From: Lama guanicoe
Taxonomy: Eukaryota
NCBI GenBank assembly: GCA_013239625.1
Contig: MU053645.1
Coordinates: 1,046,274-1,110,273, forward strand
Direction of reading: 5' to 3'
Length of the DNA: 64,000 bases
The notes under the pieces were generated by a model. The model ran no database searches, was not told the DNA's origin, and worked only from the letters and a program-made list of their open reading frames with translations. The translations under genes were made by a program, and so were the position numbers. Of this stretch, positions 1 to 12,850 are shown piece by piece (the first letter of the stretch is position 1; the number at the start of each line of letters is the position of its first letter).

Positions 1-164
1 ATAAGTGTGTGTGTATGTCTGTAAACCAAGTTTGTAGGGTATTTTTCTTCTTTTTCCATTTGGGAAAAATAATCAAGAACCTCTGAACACAAACTTGCCA
101 TTCTTCAACTTTTGCCTAACCTTTGCCTTGGAACTAGCCAAATATTTTCCCAACTTTAGTGAGT

Positions 165-545
165 TTTAATTAACATATAACATTGCATAATTTAAAGTGT
201 ACAATGCGTTGATTTGATACATTTATAGATTGCAAAATGATGACCATCACAGTATTAGTTACCACATCTTCATCATGTTTATAGTAAACAATTCATTTTT
301 GTGGTGAGAATATTTAATACCTACTCTCTTTGTAACACTGAAGTATATGACATGGTATTATTAGCTATAATCACCATTGTATACATTAGACCTCCAAATT
401 TGTTAATCTTATAACTGGGAGTTTGTGCCCCTTGACCAGTATCTACCTACTTCCTGTACCCCTCAACCCCTAGTAAGCACCACTCTACTCTGTTTCTCTG
501 ACTGTGTCCTTTATCAATTCCACATAAATGATAGCATAGGGTATA
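165..545 (-). mobile_element. Old L1 (L1MA/L1MB-type) 3'UTR fragment
   Basis: Typical antisense L1M 3' end text (aaagtgtacaa...gatttgatacat...gtggtgagaatatttaa...attccacataaatga); boundaries approximate. Confidence 0.75.
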
Positions 546-1049
546 AAATATTTTAAATAGGCTTTAATAATTGACAGCAAAAACATGAAACATATTTTAA
601 GAGGAGCAAGAAGAAAGAAAGATTAAACTTACTCAATAGGAAATTTCCCTAGGTTGTGGAAGATCTTAAATAAAAATAAATGTATGAGATGAAATTATCA
701 TGATCATAAACATATATCTATTAAACAAAAACTTAAAAAGAAAGTTTACATGAGTTAGATCAGTGATTCTAAAGCATGGTCTATGTGCTGAACAAGCGTT
801 GAAGCCAGGTTCATTAAGGCAGCTTGTTGTGACTTTGCTACTGCAAAGTTATGGCGGCTGTGACAGACGTGTGGCCAGAAAAGCACTCACTCATCTAAGT
901 CTAAGAGTGGCAGAACAGGCCCTTCAATATCAAGCTAAATCAAAAGCAGAGGTGGTACTAGTCTACTATAATTCAAAAGAGAAATCAGCCAATTTAAAAA
1001 AAAAAACTGGTATATCTTGAGCACCAACTTGCATTCTTACCACTTCACC

Positions 1050-1715
1050 ATTAATTCAACAAGTAACTAAGTTATGATGATGTACCCTGCACTGTTTTAG
1101 GCCTCTCCAGAGGTAAGAGAGTGAAAAATCCAGATCTGATCCCTGTCCTCATAGAGCTAACATTCCAGAAGGCAAAATAAATAACATTACATAAATAAAT
1201 AGTGCAGTATGTCAGATGGTGATATGTGCTAACTAGAAACATAAAGCAAGGAAAGAAGATACGTACACATAGGATGTATGCACGGGGGGGTAGTGATACA
1301 ATTTTGAGTAACACAGCTCAAGAGTCTCTGAGAATTTGATCTTGGAGCAAAGGCTTGAAGGAATGGAGGTAGCAAAGAGTGCAGGTATCTAAGGGAAAAG
1401 ATTCCAAACCAAGTGGGGTATAAGCCAGGCACCATGGGGAAAGGGAGGAAGGTGGAAGATAGAGATCTTGTCCAATGGGAACTTACTCTCTGGTTGAGTA
1501 GGGGGAAAAATAAACATCCACAACTAAATGTTACCATAGGACCCTGCGCTTACCACTTGGTGCTTTTCACATAGTGTTTTACCTGGGCAGTTACTTTCCT
1601 ATCTTTCCCCCACTAGACTGGGAACTTCATGAGGCAGTAGTTGTGGTTTATCCATTTTTTTGTGTCTTCATTGTTAAGCACAACATGACACAGTAGATGC
1701 TCAATAAACTGATGA
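1050..1715. mobile_element. L2 LINE fragments in both orientations
   Basis: attcaacaagtaactaag...atccctgtcctcatagagctaacattc (antisense L2 3' end) and ccactagactgggaacttcatgaggcag...tagatgctcaataaa (sense L2 3' end). Confidence 0.65.
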
Positions 1716-3069
1716 GCATGACTCAGTTAAAGGAAAAATACTTAAGTGCTTAAGGAAGGAGTGTCTTTCAAGCTATAAAATTCCCAAGGAGTTCAGAAAA
1801 TGAAAAAAAAATAGTAAGTGAGAGCTGGAATTGTCAAGATACACATTATAGAGGAAACTACACTTCAGATTATTGATGGGAATGGGTTTGAATTGAGATG
1901 GAAGAAATAATTCATTTAGCATCACAAAGTTGGCAAACTTATTTTATAACAAGCTAGAGAGGTCTCAGAACAGTGTTCTATTTCTCAGATGTAACACTGA
2001 AGAACTAGTGACTGTGAGATAAAGTTCATCTTACATGGTGAATTTAAAGCCTGAAAAATCGAGTCCTCCGTAAGTATACTCCACTAAGAATCCAGATTTC
2101 CTAAATTCCTTTAGTACTAAAAGTTATTGGTTAGTCAATCCTTCCAGGATCGTATTTCTCCCTGTATAAGTTCTGTGAAATCAGTGAGGCTAGAGAAACC
2201 TAATGACAAACTTTAATCAAAACTTTAATTCCAAAATTTAAACTGATAGAATCCTGATTCAGTGAATTTCAAAGGCAGGCAGTTCTCAGGGCACTAAAAC
2301 ACTAGGAAAGAACTTTATCAAGTGCCTTTCTAGTATCATCATCATTTTATTTAGTTATTACCTGGTCGGGGCGCAGATTTATATTCCAGCCCCTTCTATG
2401 CTTAAATATAAAAATTCTTCCTGCCAATTTTGCCGATTTCTATTTACCAGCCATTGATTTTTCAAGTGTGTTTCTAAATGGAGCTTGAAATTAACATTCC
2501 TTTCCTTTTATTCACTTTCCTCTATCCCAGCAGCATCAATAACCAGTCTGAGAAGTGGACCTGATTTCTGGGTAGAAGTTGAGTGTTGCCATTGGAACTA
2601 TCCTGCTCTGGCATTCACAGCAAGCTTAGTGAAAATCAGATTATGCTGGTGAGGAGAGAAAAAGATGTTCCACACATTTTACCCTAACTCAAAATCCTAA
2701 ACTTCAGAGAAAGAGTTAAAATTTTAAACATACTTTAGAGGTCTGCTGATAGACAAAATAAAGATTGGGAAAGAACTTTGAATTAGAAGTGGAACTGAAG
2801 GAATGACATTTAAGTCTGTATATTTGGACTCCAGCTAACTTGAAAGTAGTGATGATAATCATTATTATATCAATAAAGAGTTTTTAAGAGTATCTAAAAT
2901 TATAGGGGGAAACTACTTAAAATATGATTTTCAAGCCTCCTCATACATACCAGAAGGACTCATTCGTCAGTATCAAAAAAATTTTCTACTTGCCAAATCA
3001 AACTTTATAATCTTTGTTTGAAATATTCACTGTCCCTCCCTACAGGAATACACCTTTATCGTATTGTCT

Positions 3070-3380
3070 TCTGTCCTGGACATATGCCTTGCTTTGACCA
3101 ATGCAACATGGGTGGAAGTGAGGTGTGCTGCTTCCCAGAACTTTTAAGAACAATCAAGCCATCTAACACCTTGCTCTTTTCCCTCAAATTAAAATGTCAA
3201 TGTCCCAGATAGGTTCTGTTCTTTTAGCCTAGACCCCAGAGTGAGGGAAAAAATGGAGCAGAGCTGCAGTCAACCTGTAGGAAACTCCCAAGTGATAAAT
3301 GGATGTTTCCTTTTTCAGCCGCCAAGATTTGGGGCTTGCTCACTACTGCAGCATGACTTAACTGAAGCTAACGAATGTAA
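3070..3380 (+). mobile_element. MaLR LTR fragment (MLT1I/J-like)
   Basis: ttgctttgaccaatg...ggaagtgaggtgtgctgcttcc...aagatttggggcttgctcactactgcagcatgactt resembles old MLT1 LTRs. Confidence 0.6.
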
Positions 3381-3980
3381 CTTCCATGAGGCAAAATAGT
3401 ATATGTGCTTGAAGGTAATGAGACTTTATTAAAAACCATATATTTATGTATATAAGTGTCTATACACATATACACATTTTGAAATTTCTTACTCTGAAGT
3501 CACATCTATATATATTGCTCTAGTATCTTTGGTTGCTTGGATATGAATTTGTCTGTATGTTGGCTTTATGGTATATCTGTTTTGGTGTCAAAATGTCTAA
3601 CATGTTTAATAATTTTTATTTTTCAGCTGAACTTCCATAGAGATGTGAGTATATTTTCTACATAAGACACGAAGAGACCATTAGTTTTAATGGCCTCCTC
3701 TTTCATGATTTCACAGATGTTTCGGTCTGAGTACTAAAAGAGTCACCATTTCCAAACCAGTTTTTACATCCATTTATTAGCTCCAGGTCTCTCAAATTCA
3801 AGGATAAGGCTATAATCTCTTCTATATGACCTGAAGTTTAGGTTATTCATGAATTATCTGCAAGACCCTAGGCCAGCCAGCACAGATTTTCTGATAGCTC
3901 TTCATAAATGATACACTGTTTTTCTGGCTCTGGGAATCATGTAGGAAATAGATTTTTCTGTTCCTTTCCCTTTAAAGAGT

Positions 3981-4482
3981 TGTCGACTGAAATAAATGCA
4001 CAGCTTAAAAGCTGAGAATTATGTTTTATTTGGTGGCCATTTCTGAGGACTTGAACCCCTTCAAGCCCAGGATGACACTCTCTCAGATCATTCTGAGGGA
4101 CTGCTCCAAAGAGGCAGGGGAGGAGCCAGGATCTATAGGAGTTTTACAACAAAGACTAGGTAGTCAGAACATTAAAAGGTTACTTGTTAACTGAAGAAAA
4201 CCAGACATCTCAAGTTAGAGAATTTAGCTCTTTTCTCTGTATGGGAGGAAGCAAATATTTGGGCTCACTGAATTCATTCCTTTGACAAGCCCCTAGCTAT
4301 CCAGGGCCAGTATCCTGTCCTTTCTTATTCTGAGTCCCCTCAGGGTGCCCCACTGTGAGTGGCTGCAGAGGCTGGGCTGCAGGCTTGTCTTCACTGGGGG
4401 GTGGCAGCAGCCGCTGATGACTTACTTAATGGCTTCAGCATTCTTTGTTTACTGATGTGGTTTGTAGTATTTTTTGTTCATG
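3981..4482 (-). mobile_element. Solo ERV1-like LTR, family A copy 1 (lineage-specific)
   Basis: Homologous along its length to 59304-60261 and 60658-61133; minus strand has AATAAA near the 3' end and finishes in ...GTCGACA; 4-bp flanks GAGT/GAGC. Confidence 0.85.
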
Positions 4483-5403
4483 GAGCTTTTGATTTAAATA
4501 ATAGGCCAGAGGCACATTTCCCACACAGCTAATGAAGCTTAGGTTTCAAGGCCTCACCTCATGGTCCAAGGAATGGCCCTAGAAATGTGTCCACATGATC
4601 ATGGATTTTGGTGAAATCAAGAAGATAATTTTTTAGGAGAACTTTCTAAATTGCCTAAGTTTTCAGATCCCAGAAAATTTGAAGTTACTCACTTTGCCAA
4701 CCTGTGAAGCATGAAATTCCAGCCCCTAAAGTAAGGTATGTTTTGAACCCAGGTCCTTCTCATTCTATGCAGCTTCAAGGATCACTCACCACTTTAGCTG
4801 TGGTTTCTTCTTCATTTCCAACATCTAGAGCTACCCCTTTTTTCATACTTTGCTATAATACATTCGAAAATCTATTTTATCTAGCATTTTGTTTGTTGGT
4901 AATAGTAGAGTATTTCCTCTTTGCTCGGTCTGCCATCTTGACCAGAAGTTATTCATGACACTAAGTTATACAGGACTTCTCAACAGCAGATACAATTTTA
5001 AAATGGTCTGAATGCCTACCTCAGTTCTTTCAGAGACTAGACATGTGGGGAATACAACGTAAGACAAAACCATGATTTCTGCCCTTAAAGAACTTATAAT
5101 TTAATTGAGACTGTGAGTTTAACTTCCACAAAATAGTTTAAAATAATTTAAAGTGTACAAAAGTGTTCCTTCAAGATGGTAATTGCCATAAAAGTCAGGA
5201 AGTTCTGATGTATAATGGGGATTAACTAGAAGAGAAGGAATCATTCACCCCAATATTTTGTTAATATCTAAGCTGTCTCATTTTGCATTCTAATCGCCTT
5301 TGTGGGTCTTATTTGGAATCCTTCCAAGGCCTTCCTGGCCCTTTTACACAGGGGAGTTTAGAATTAGGTACATCACACTAATGAAAGGTATAGAATTTTT
5401 TCA

Positions 5404-5441
5404 NNNNNNNNNNNNNNNNNNNNNNNNNNNNNNNNNNNNNN
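5404..5441. other. Assembly gap (N run) next to a poly-T/poly-A tract
   Basis: Run of N. Confidence 0.99.
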
Positions 5442-7575
5442 AGAATTTTTTAAAAAAAAAAAAACAGAAGGGCTATAATCACTTAGGATTTTAAAATAAT
5501 GGAAAATGTTATTTAGAGCCAAATCATGCATGGTAAGGATAAAAAATGATGTCAGAGTTGGAAAGGATCTTAAAGGTCAACAAGACAATCCTTTTATTTT
5601 ATAGATGAAGAAATAAAGGACAAAGGAAACTAAATGGCAGTACCTGGTTCTGTATTTCTACTTTTGCGTCCCAGATTTGTTTTATAAAGTGACAGCAGAA
5701 AAATATATCACTTGAAAAAATGGAAGCAACTATCTATTTTAAAACAGTTGGAAAGGCAACTTCATTATAAAAGAAAAAATTAGTAGACAACTTGAGTGTA
5801 AAATATTTCTAAACAAACTGACTTTTTGAGTCAATAAATAGTCTGATTTAGTGAGATTTATATGAATACGGACATACTTTTACAGGGGATTTTTACATAC
5901 TCAAACTTTTCCAAATCCTATTTGTTTCCATTTTGAGCATTTCAGAATTTATATGACTGGTTGTTTAGTTTGATTTCCCCCCCTATATGTTTATCTTTTT
6001 GGAGGATCTGAAATTGCTGTCCAGAGTCTCAGGAGAAGTTCACAAAGGGGCTGGTTACACAATTTGGGGTAATTTCACAGTTAGAGTATTTTCACAGCAA
6101 ACTCAGGACCTTGGTGTCATTTATATAAAAAGGAAGAGTTCCATAAGGCATACAAATGGCTTCCATACTTACAACTGGCAATTTGGAAACGACAGAAAAC
6201 AAAATAAAAAAGACAAGTTTTCCTGAAGACAATTTTCTCTCTTAGGACGAGCGAATACAACCATTTCAGGAGATCCAATAAAACAAGGTCTCCTGAGAAA
6301 AATCACAGAGAAAGAAAAAAATAATGCCATCCTGACAATTTTCCTTAATACTATAAGAGAAAGTTACAACGAATGCAGGATACAGTGGGGAGATGTGTAG
6401 GACGGCAAGTAAAGGGAGGTAGGAGTTAAGAGCACACTTTCGAGTCAGCCAAAACAGGGACTGAATTTCAGTTGCCACATTTATGATGTGGCCTTGAGCC
6501 AGTTACTTAAGTTCCCTGATTCTCAGCACCCTCATCTGTAAATTTATACTCTCTATTTTGTAATAATCCAGTTGAGGTGCTTAATATGGCATCTGGCACA
6601 TAATAAACACTCAATACATGCTAGTCATTTCTGTTACTGACAGTTAAACACAAATATAAGAATACATTCCAAAGCCATATACTAACCTCACCACCATGTC
6701 TTTTCACAGTCATGAGTCATCAGAAATCTTTTCTATTTTTAAAGTGGGCTTTCTTAATATTACCTGTCAAGGAGTTGTTATGCTAAAATGAGATAATGCA
6801 TATAATGCAATGCTTAGCCCCGCACAGGGCACTTTGTAAGCCCTGGAGAAGTAGCCACTGTTCTGAGTCATAGAACTGACTGCTTGCTCCAGGCTCATTT
6901 GATCTGTAGCCTTATTAAGGGAAGTGACTGTCAAATGGCTGTAAGGGCAATAGCTTATTCTAGTGATAATCAAAAGACAACAGCCCAGGGGTATGTGTTA
7001 CCAAGGGGTCTCCATGGGATGCATGTAAGAAACAGAGGCTCTATTTAATAAGCCCATCCAAACAGAGAAACATTAACCAAAAACAGTAGTCATACTATAC
7101 CCATGAAACAGATGTCTTTCCAAAAACTATCAGAAATGGGCCACAGGGTAGTAGTCATGGACTAGATCTTAAAGAAATGATATTGGAAGGGTGGGAAGTA
7201 AACTTCATCAATACAATTTGCTTCTTCTTTTCTGTCTTTGAATGTCTGTATCTGACTGACACTCCTGTAGCTTTATTGATAAAGTTTTTCTCTAGCTCCT
7301 TCTGGATGAAAGTGGTCACTAATTTAACTCAGTATAGTTTGGTTAGAACACTCCCAAAAGTGCAAAAGACACCTCTCTCCAAAAAAGAATTCTATAGGGA
7401 ATCATGAAGTGGCAGAGGAATTTCAGGGAAAAATTATTTTAAAAGGAAGAGGTTTTTTACTAAAATGCATTTCATAGTAGTTTCTCAGAGCCTTGAGTGA
7501 ACGATACTAAAGATACACAAGATAACCCCTCACACACTAACAAATAAAGCAACAACTTGCATTAAAAAACCCTTT

Positions 7576-8280
7576 AGCCACTGTGGAAAACAGTGTGGAG
7601 ATTCCTCAAAAGACTAGGAATAGACTTACTGTATGTATGACCCAGGAATCCCACTCCTGGGCTTGTACCCAGAAGGAACCCTACTTCAGGATGACACCTG
7701 CACCCCAATGTTCACAGCAGCACTATTTACAATAGCCAAAACATGGAAACAGCCTAAATGTCCATCAACAGGTGACTGGATAAAGAAGATGTGGTATATT
7801 TATACAATGGAATACTACTCAGCCATAAAAACCGACAACATAATGCCATTTGCAGCAACATGGATGCTCCTGGAGAATGTCATTCTAAGTGAAGTAAGCC
7901 AGAAAGAGAAAGAAAAATACCATATGAGATCGCTCATATGTGGAATCTAAAAAACAAAAACAAACAAACAAACAAAAACAAAGCATAAATACAGGACAGA
8001 AATAGACTCACAGACAGAGAATACAGACTTGTGGTTACCAGGGGGGTAGAGGGTGGGAAAGGATAGACTGGGATTTCAAAATTGTAGAATAGATAAACAA
8101 GATTACACTGTATAGCACAGGGAAATATACACAAAATGTTATGATAAATGACAGAGAAAAAAATGTGACAATGAGTGTGTATATGTCCATGAATGACTGA
8201 AAAATTGTGAACACTGGAATTTGACACAACATTGTAAAATGATTATAAATCAATAAAAAAAAAAGAAAGAAAAAAAAAAA
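7576..8280 (+). mobile_element. Young 5'-truncated L1: ORF2 C-terminus, 3'UTR and poly(A)
   Basis: ORF 7633-7950 is the L1 ORF2p C-terminus (YDPGIPLLG...[13 protein letters not shown]...SLICGI*); AATAAA plus A-tail; near-identical flanks AAAAAACCCTTTA (7564-7576) / AAAAAACCTTTA (8275-8286) at a TT/AAAA site. Confidence 0.95.
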
Positions 8281-10466
8281 CCTTTAATAACTGGCCAGAA
8301 AATTATATGGGGGTCCAAGAAAAGATGATATTTTTCTCGAAGCCAACAGTGTTACACAAGACAGGGTATTTGATATTTTAAAAAATGAAGGAATATTTGA
8401 TGTTAAACGTATTTTCAGAAAGACAGGAAGATCATTTAAGGTGCCTTTAGACATCAAAGTTAATACAGAAGGGTAATGAAATAAGTCTGAACCTAGTGAG
8501 TTTGCTTTCCTGCCTGAGAAAGCATGGGATAATGATTTGATTGGAGACTTTTTAAGGCAATGGATATATGTAGTATTCAGAAATGTGCAAGGTTGACTTC
8601 TGTATTTGGCAACAAAAAATGATTTGTGTAAAAATTAATTAGTGTAATTTACAGATGACTGTAATCCCTTCCCTCTGCAAAGATTAGCTAGAAAGGTACA
8701 GCTTCACAGGAGATCTTGGATTATGCAAATTCCTGCCACCAAAGAAGCAGCATTTATGTTTTTTGAGGGATCAGACAAATGACAATTATATACATGAGAT
8801 GATGTCACAATGTCAGATATCCCACTGGGGCAAGTTATCAAGTTCTTTACTGCAGTCAATTGCTGTTGTTGCAACTATCTCTGGCACTAGATTTTTAAAC
8901 TAAATGAAAAGGAAGAAATGGGTCCATTGTTTTCCCCAGTTCTCTGTAGAGTAGACACAGGTAATTTAATACCCTAAGGAAGGGAAGTATCCCTAAAGGG
9001 TAATCTACCCAGCAGAAGAGTTAGTATCTCTCAGAATATGTGTCCACATATAGAATTGCAGAGCTTTGCAACGAGAGGGCAGTCCAATACCCCACTACTG
9101 GTACGTCTAGGATATCTTCTCCTCAATCTCACAATGTAACTAAAATATATACTCTTACAACTGGCTTATTCCACTTGTATCCAGGAGGAGAATAACTTAA
9201 TACAATGAATATACTCAGAGCCTCACTGAAAACACTTTCTAAGCAGGTCTACTTGAAGTAGCCTCCTGATGGGTCTCCCTACCCTTGGGCTTGTCTATCT
9301 TCAATCCATTTTTTACACTGCAACAGAGTGATTTTCCATCAGTGGCTCCCTAGTACCTTTAAGGATACGTCCGAACTTTTAAATGTGACATAAACAGCCC
9401 TCTGTTAGAAGTCCCAGCTTATCTTCCAGGTTAATCTCTTCACATTCCTTTCCACAAATGTTGTAATTCTACCTCCTAAATATATTTCAAATCTATACCC
9501 GTGATTTGGTCCACATGTTCATTGTGCTCACTGTGGGCCTTTATTACTTCTTCACTAGATTGCTGAAATAATCTAACTGGTCTTCCTTCCTCCAGTCTCT
9601 ACCATCTCCAATTCAGGGGTCATACTATAAAGAGTGCATCTGAAATATAAATTATCTACCTCCCCTGGTTAAAAGCCACTCACAGCACCCTATTTCCTAC
9701 ACTAGTGAGGACAAGCTCTCCTTTGCTTGGTTCACAGGGCCCCTCTTGTGCATCATATGGGCTTCATTGACCTCTCCAGTCTCATTCTCTCACCATTCAC
9801 ATACCCATGCTCCAGCGATGCTGATTGTTACACTTCCCAGCACCCACCATAGTTCCTGTAGGTATGGTACAAGTTTTAAACAAACACAAAGGAGGATAAG
9901 GAGCAATCTTTCTTGCTGGTAACTTAAATAACCAAGACTTGGGGAAATAGAAGAGGCAGTCAGATGCTACTTGCTCTACTTTATTCCTTACACATCATTA
10001 GCCTCACGTCTACCTCGCTGTTTTCCAGTTTTTAGTTCCCCACCTCCAAATGACATTTTTATCTGGGTTTTTTTGTTTGCATAGTTATACACTTCTGAAA
10101 GCACATATAAAGGTTGGAAGTTGATCATATCATTGGTTTCTAGACTCTTCTTTAGTGAATACAAAGTTTACAGAGGGTGAGAAACGTTTACTACATACTG
10201 TATCAGATAGCCTCAACCCAGTCTCCAAGCACATAGCCATGTTCAGGAAATATACACTCTTTTTTGGCCCAAATTTTAAAATTATCTTCCACTAGCTCAA
10301 TTAAAATACACTTACAGGCATTCAAATCCTATTAACATTTGCTCTGAGTCCAAAGAAACAAGATAAATTAACTCTCAACTAGGTATAAATTGATTAGCTA
10401 TTATTTTCTTCTAAAACCACAAAATCAGGTTCTCTATGCCGTACGGCCTCTAGTATCACTTAATAC

Positions 10467-11055
10467 AGAGGATCAGCTAAGTTCTACTGTAAATGTACAA
10501 AGAGTAAATATTTTAGGCTTTTGTGGGTCATAAAGTCTCTGCCATAACTACCTACCTTTGCCACTGTAATGCAAAAGAAGCCCTAGAAATATGTAAATGA
10601 ATGAACAAAGCCATGTTCCAATAAAACTTTATTCACAAACAGAGGCTGCTATGGATTAAATGTCTTGTTTCCTCCCTAAAATTCATATGTTGAAATCAAT
10701 TTCCCCAACATGATGGTATTTGGGGGTGAGGCTTTCAGGAGGTGTTAAGTCATGTGGGTGGAACTTTCATGATTGAGATTAGTGCCCTTATAAATCAGGC
10801 TCCAGAGAACTCCCTTTCCCCTTTAGCATGTGAGGCCACAGGAGAAAGACTGCCATTTCTGAAACAGGAAGGGGGCTCTCACCAGACACTGATTCTTCCA
10901 GTGTGTGACCGTGGACTTCCCAACCTCCAGAATCGTGAAAAGTAAATTTCTGTTGTTTATGAGCAACCTGATCTATGGCATTCTGTTACAGCAGCTTGAA
11001 CAGACTTAGAGGTGGATGTCAAATTTGGTTTGTGGACCATAGTTGGCTGACCTCA
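10467..11055 (+). mobile_element. MER58A-like hAT MITE interrupted by an MLT1A-like LTR (10647-11008)
   Basis: MER58 text (gtaaatattttaggcttt...ccaataaaactttatt) resumes after the LTR (atttggtttgtggaccatagtt); the LTR starts TGCTATGG and has 5-bp flanks GAGGC/GAGGT. Confidence 0.8.
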
Positions 11056-12441
11056 AAATATTTTGACTGTGATTGACATTAATAAATAAATTTTATTCAT
11101 GGTCCAGTATGTATTTACACACACATATATAAAACAAAATTTAGCAAAGACAAAATTATCCTTACTATATGCAATGTACCCCCAATATCTTCCATCTGCT
11201 TCCATTTTATTTATTTAAAATGCTAGTTTTAACCTACTAAATTGATTCTACAACTCACTAATGAGCTGTGACCTGTAACTTACAAAAACACTATTCCCAT
11301 GGATTTCATTGTTCTATTTCTTGTTTGAGTCACAGATTAGAAGTATTTAAGTAACTAGCATTCGAATACTCATTCCTTCATTAATTCAGCACCCTGAGTC
11401 TCATGGAAAAGCATCATTATAACTAATAGATTCAACTGTGTGGCCACTGGAGAAGGAAGACTTCTGCCAATGCAGGTTCTGAATTCAAGTGAGTGAAATT
11501 CCTGAGGCACTTTGAATCAGTACTCAAATGTGCCACCTTGAATGTTCTGGCTTTGCATCTTCTCCCAACTTAGAGCAGTTTCTCTGCCACTTTCCTCCTG
11601 CACTGCTGTCTTAGGATATTCCAGATGTTCCAGAAACATGGTGAATCTCCTTAAAGTTTCAGAGCTCAGGAGCAAAGAATGTGAGACCTAATAATTGTTT
11701 CTGAGTGAAGACTATCTTTAGCCTGAGGGACTCTCTTTCTGCTTGGCCTCTAAAGTTAATCGATTAATCTATAAAATTGAAAGGAAAAGAAAAGCACACT
11801 GTGGGAATCCAAAGGCTCTTTTTAACACAGCCCAGAGGCTAAGTGAATGCCAGTTAGCAGGGCAATGTCCAGAAACCAAGGAAGGTAACAGGTTGCTTGG
11901 TTTACATTCCCTCTGCATTTTGACAAGAGTTCCATATCAAGCTTCTCCCAATGTGTGGGAGCCCTTAGGAGCCTAAAAGCTAAAGAAAGTCATATACTAT
12001 TCAAGGAGGATGGCTTCCATATTAAGACAAGTCTGGCCACTCAGAGTGAGAAAATGGCTAAAACAATGATCATTTCAAGTTTTAAGTTAGAATTGAAGTG
12101 GTCAATGTTATTCAACTTCAAATATTAACTGTACTCTTCTCGACTGAGGAATTGAACTCAGGGACCAAAGATGCCTCTGAAATAGTATTTAAGCTTAAAT
12201 CATTTAAATAATAAATGCGGTGATAGAAGCTATGTCTTAGTTCTATAAATCAGTTTCCAATTAGCTGGACCAAGTGGCAAAGGAAAACTATTCTTCACAG
12301 CTTAGACGGATACTTCGGGAATTAACAACTTTTCCAGGAGCTTTTGTCCACAGCCAAGCTGTTAGATAGTGAAACAATTTCACAGAACACAGAGCCAATG
12401 TTTTCTGAGAAGAGTCACTGCATTTACCCTGTGTTTTTTCT

Positions 12442-12850
12442 TTTTTTAATTGAAGTATAGTTGAGTTACAATATTGTGTTAATTTCTGGTGTACAGCATA
12501 GTGATTCAGTTAAACAGATATAGATATATATTCTTTTTCATTTTTTTCTTTTTCATTATAGGTCATTACTTCCCTGTGCTATACAGTAGGACCTTGTTGT
12601 TTATTTTATATATAGTAGTTAGTATCTGCAAATCCCAAACTCCCAATTTATCCCTCCACACTCTCCCTTTCCCCACTGGTAACCACAAGTTTGTTTTCCA
12701 TGTCTGTAAGTCTGTTTCAGTTTTATAAATAAGTTCATTTGTCTCATTTTTTTAAATTCCACATATAAGTAATATCTAATGGTATTTTTTTACTCTTTCT
12801 GGCTTACTCCACTTAGTATGACAATCTCAGGTCCATCCATGTTGCTGCAA
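12442..12850 (-). mobile_element. L1 3' end (artiodactyl-type), antisense
   Basis: ttttttaattgaagtatagttga...ccctgtgctatacagtaggacc...tccatccatgttgctgcaa. Confidence 0.9.
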
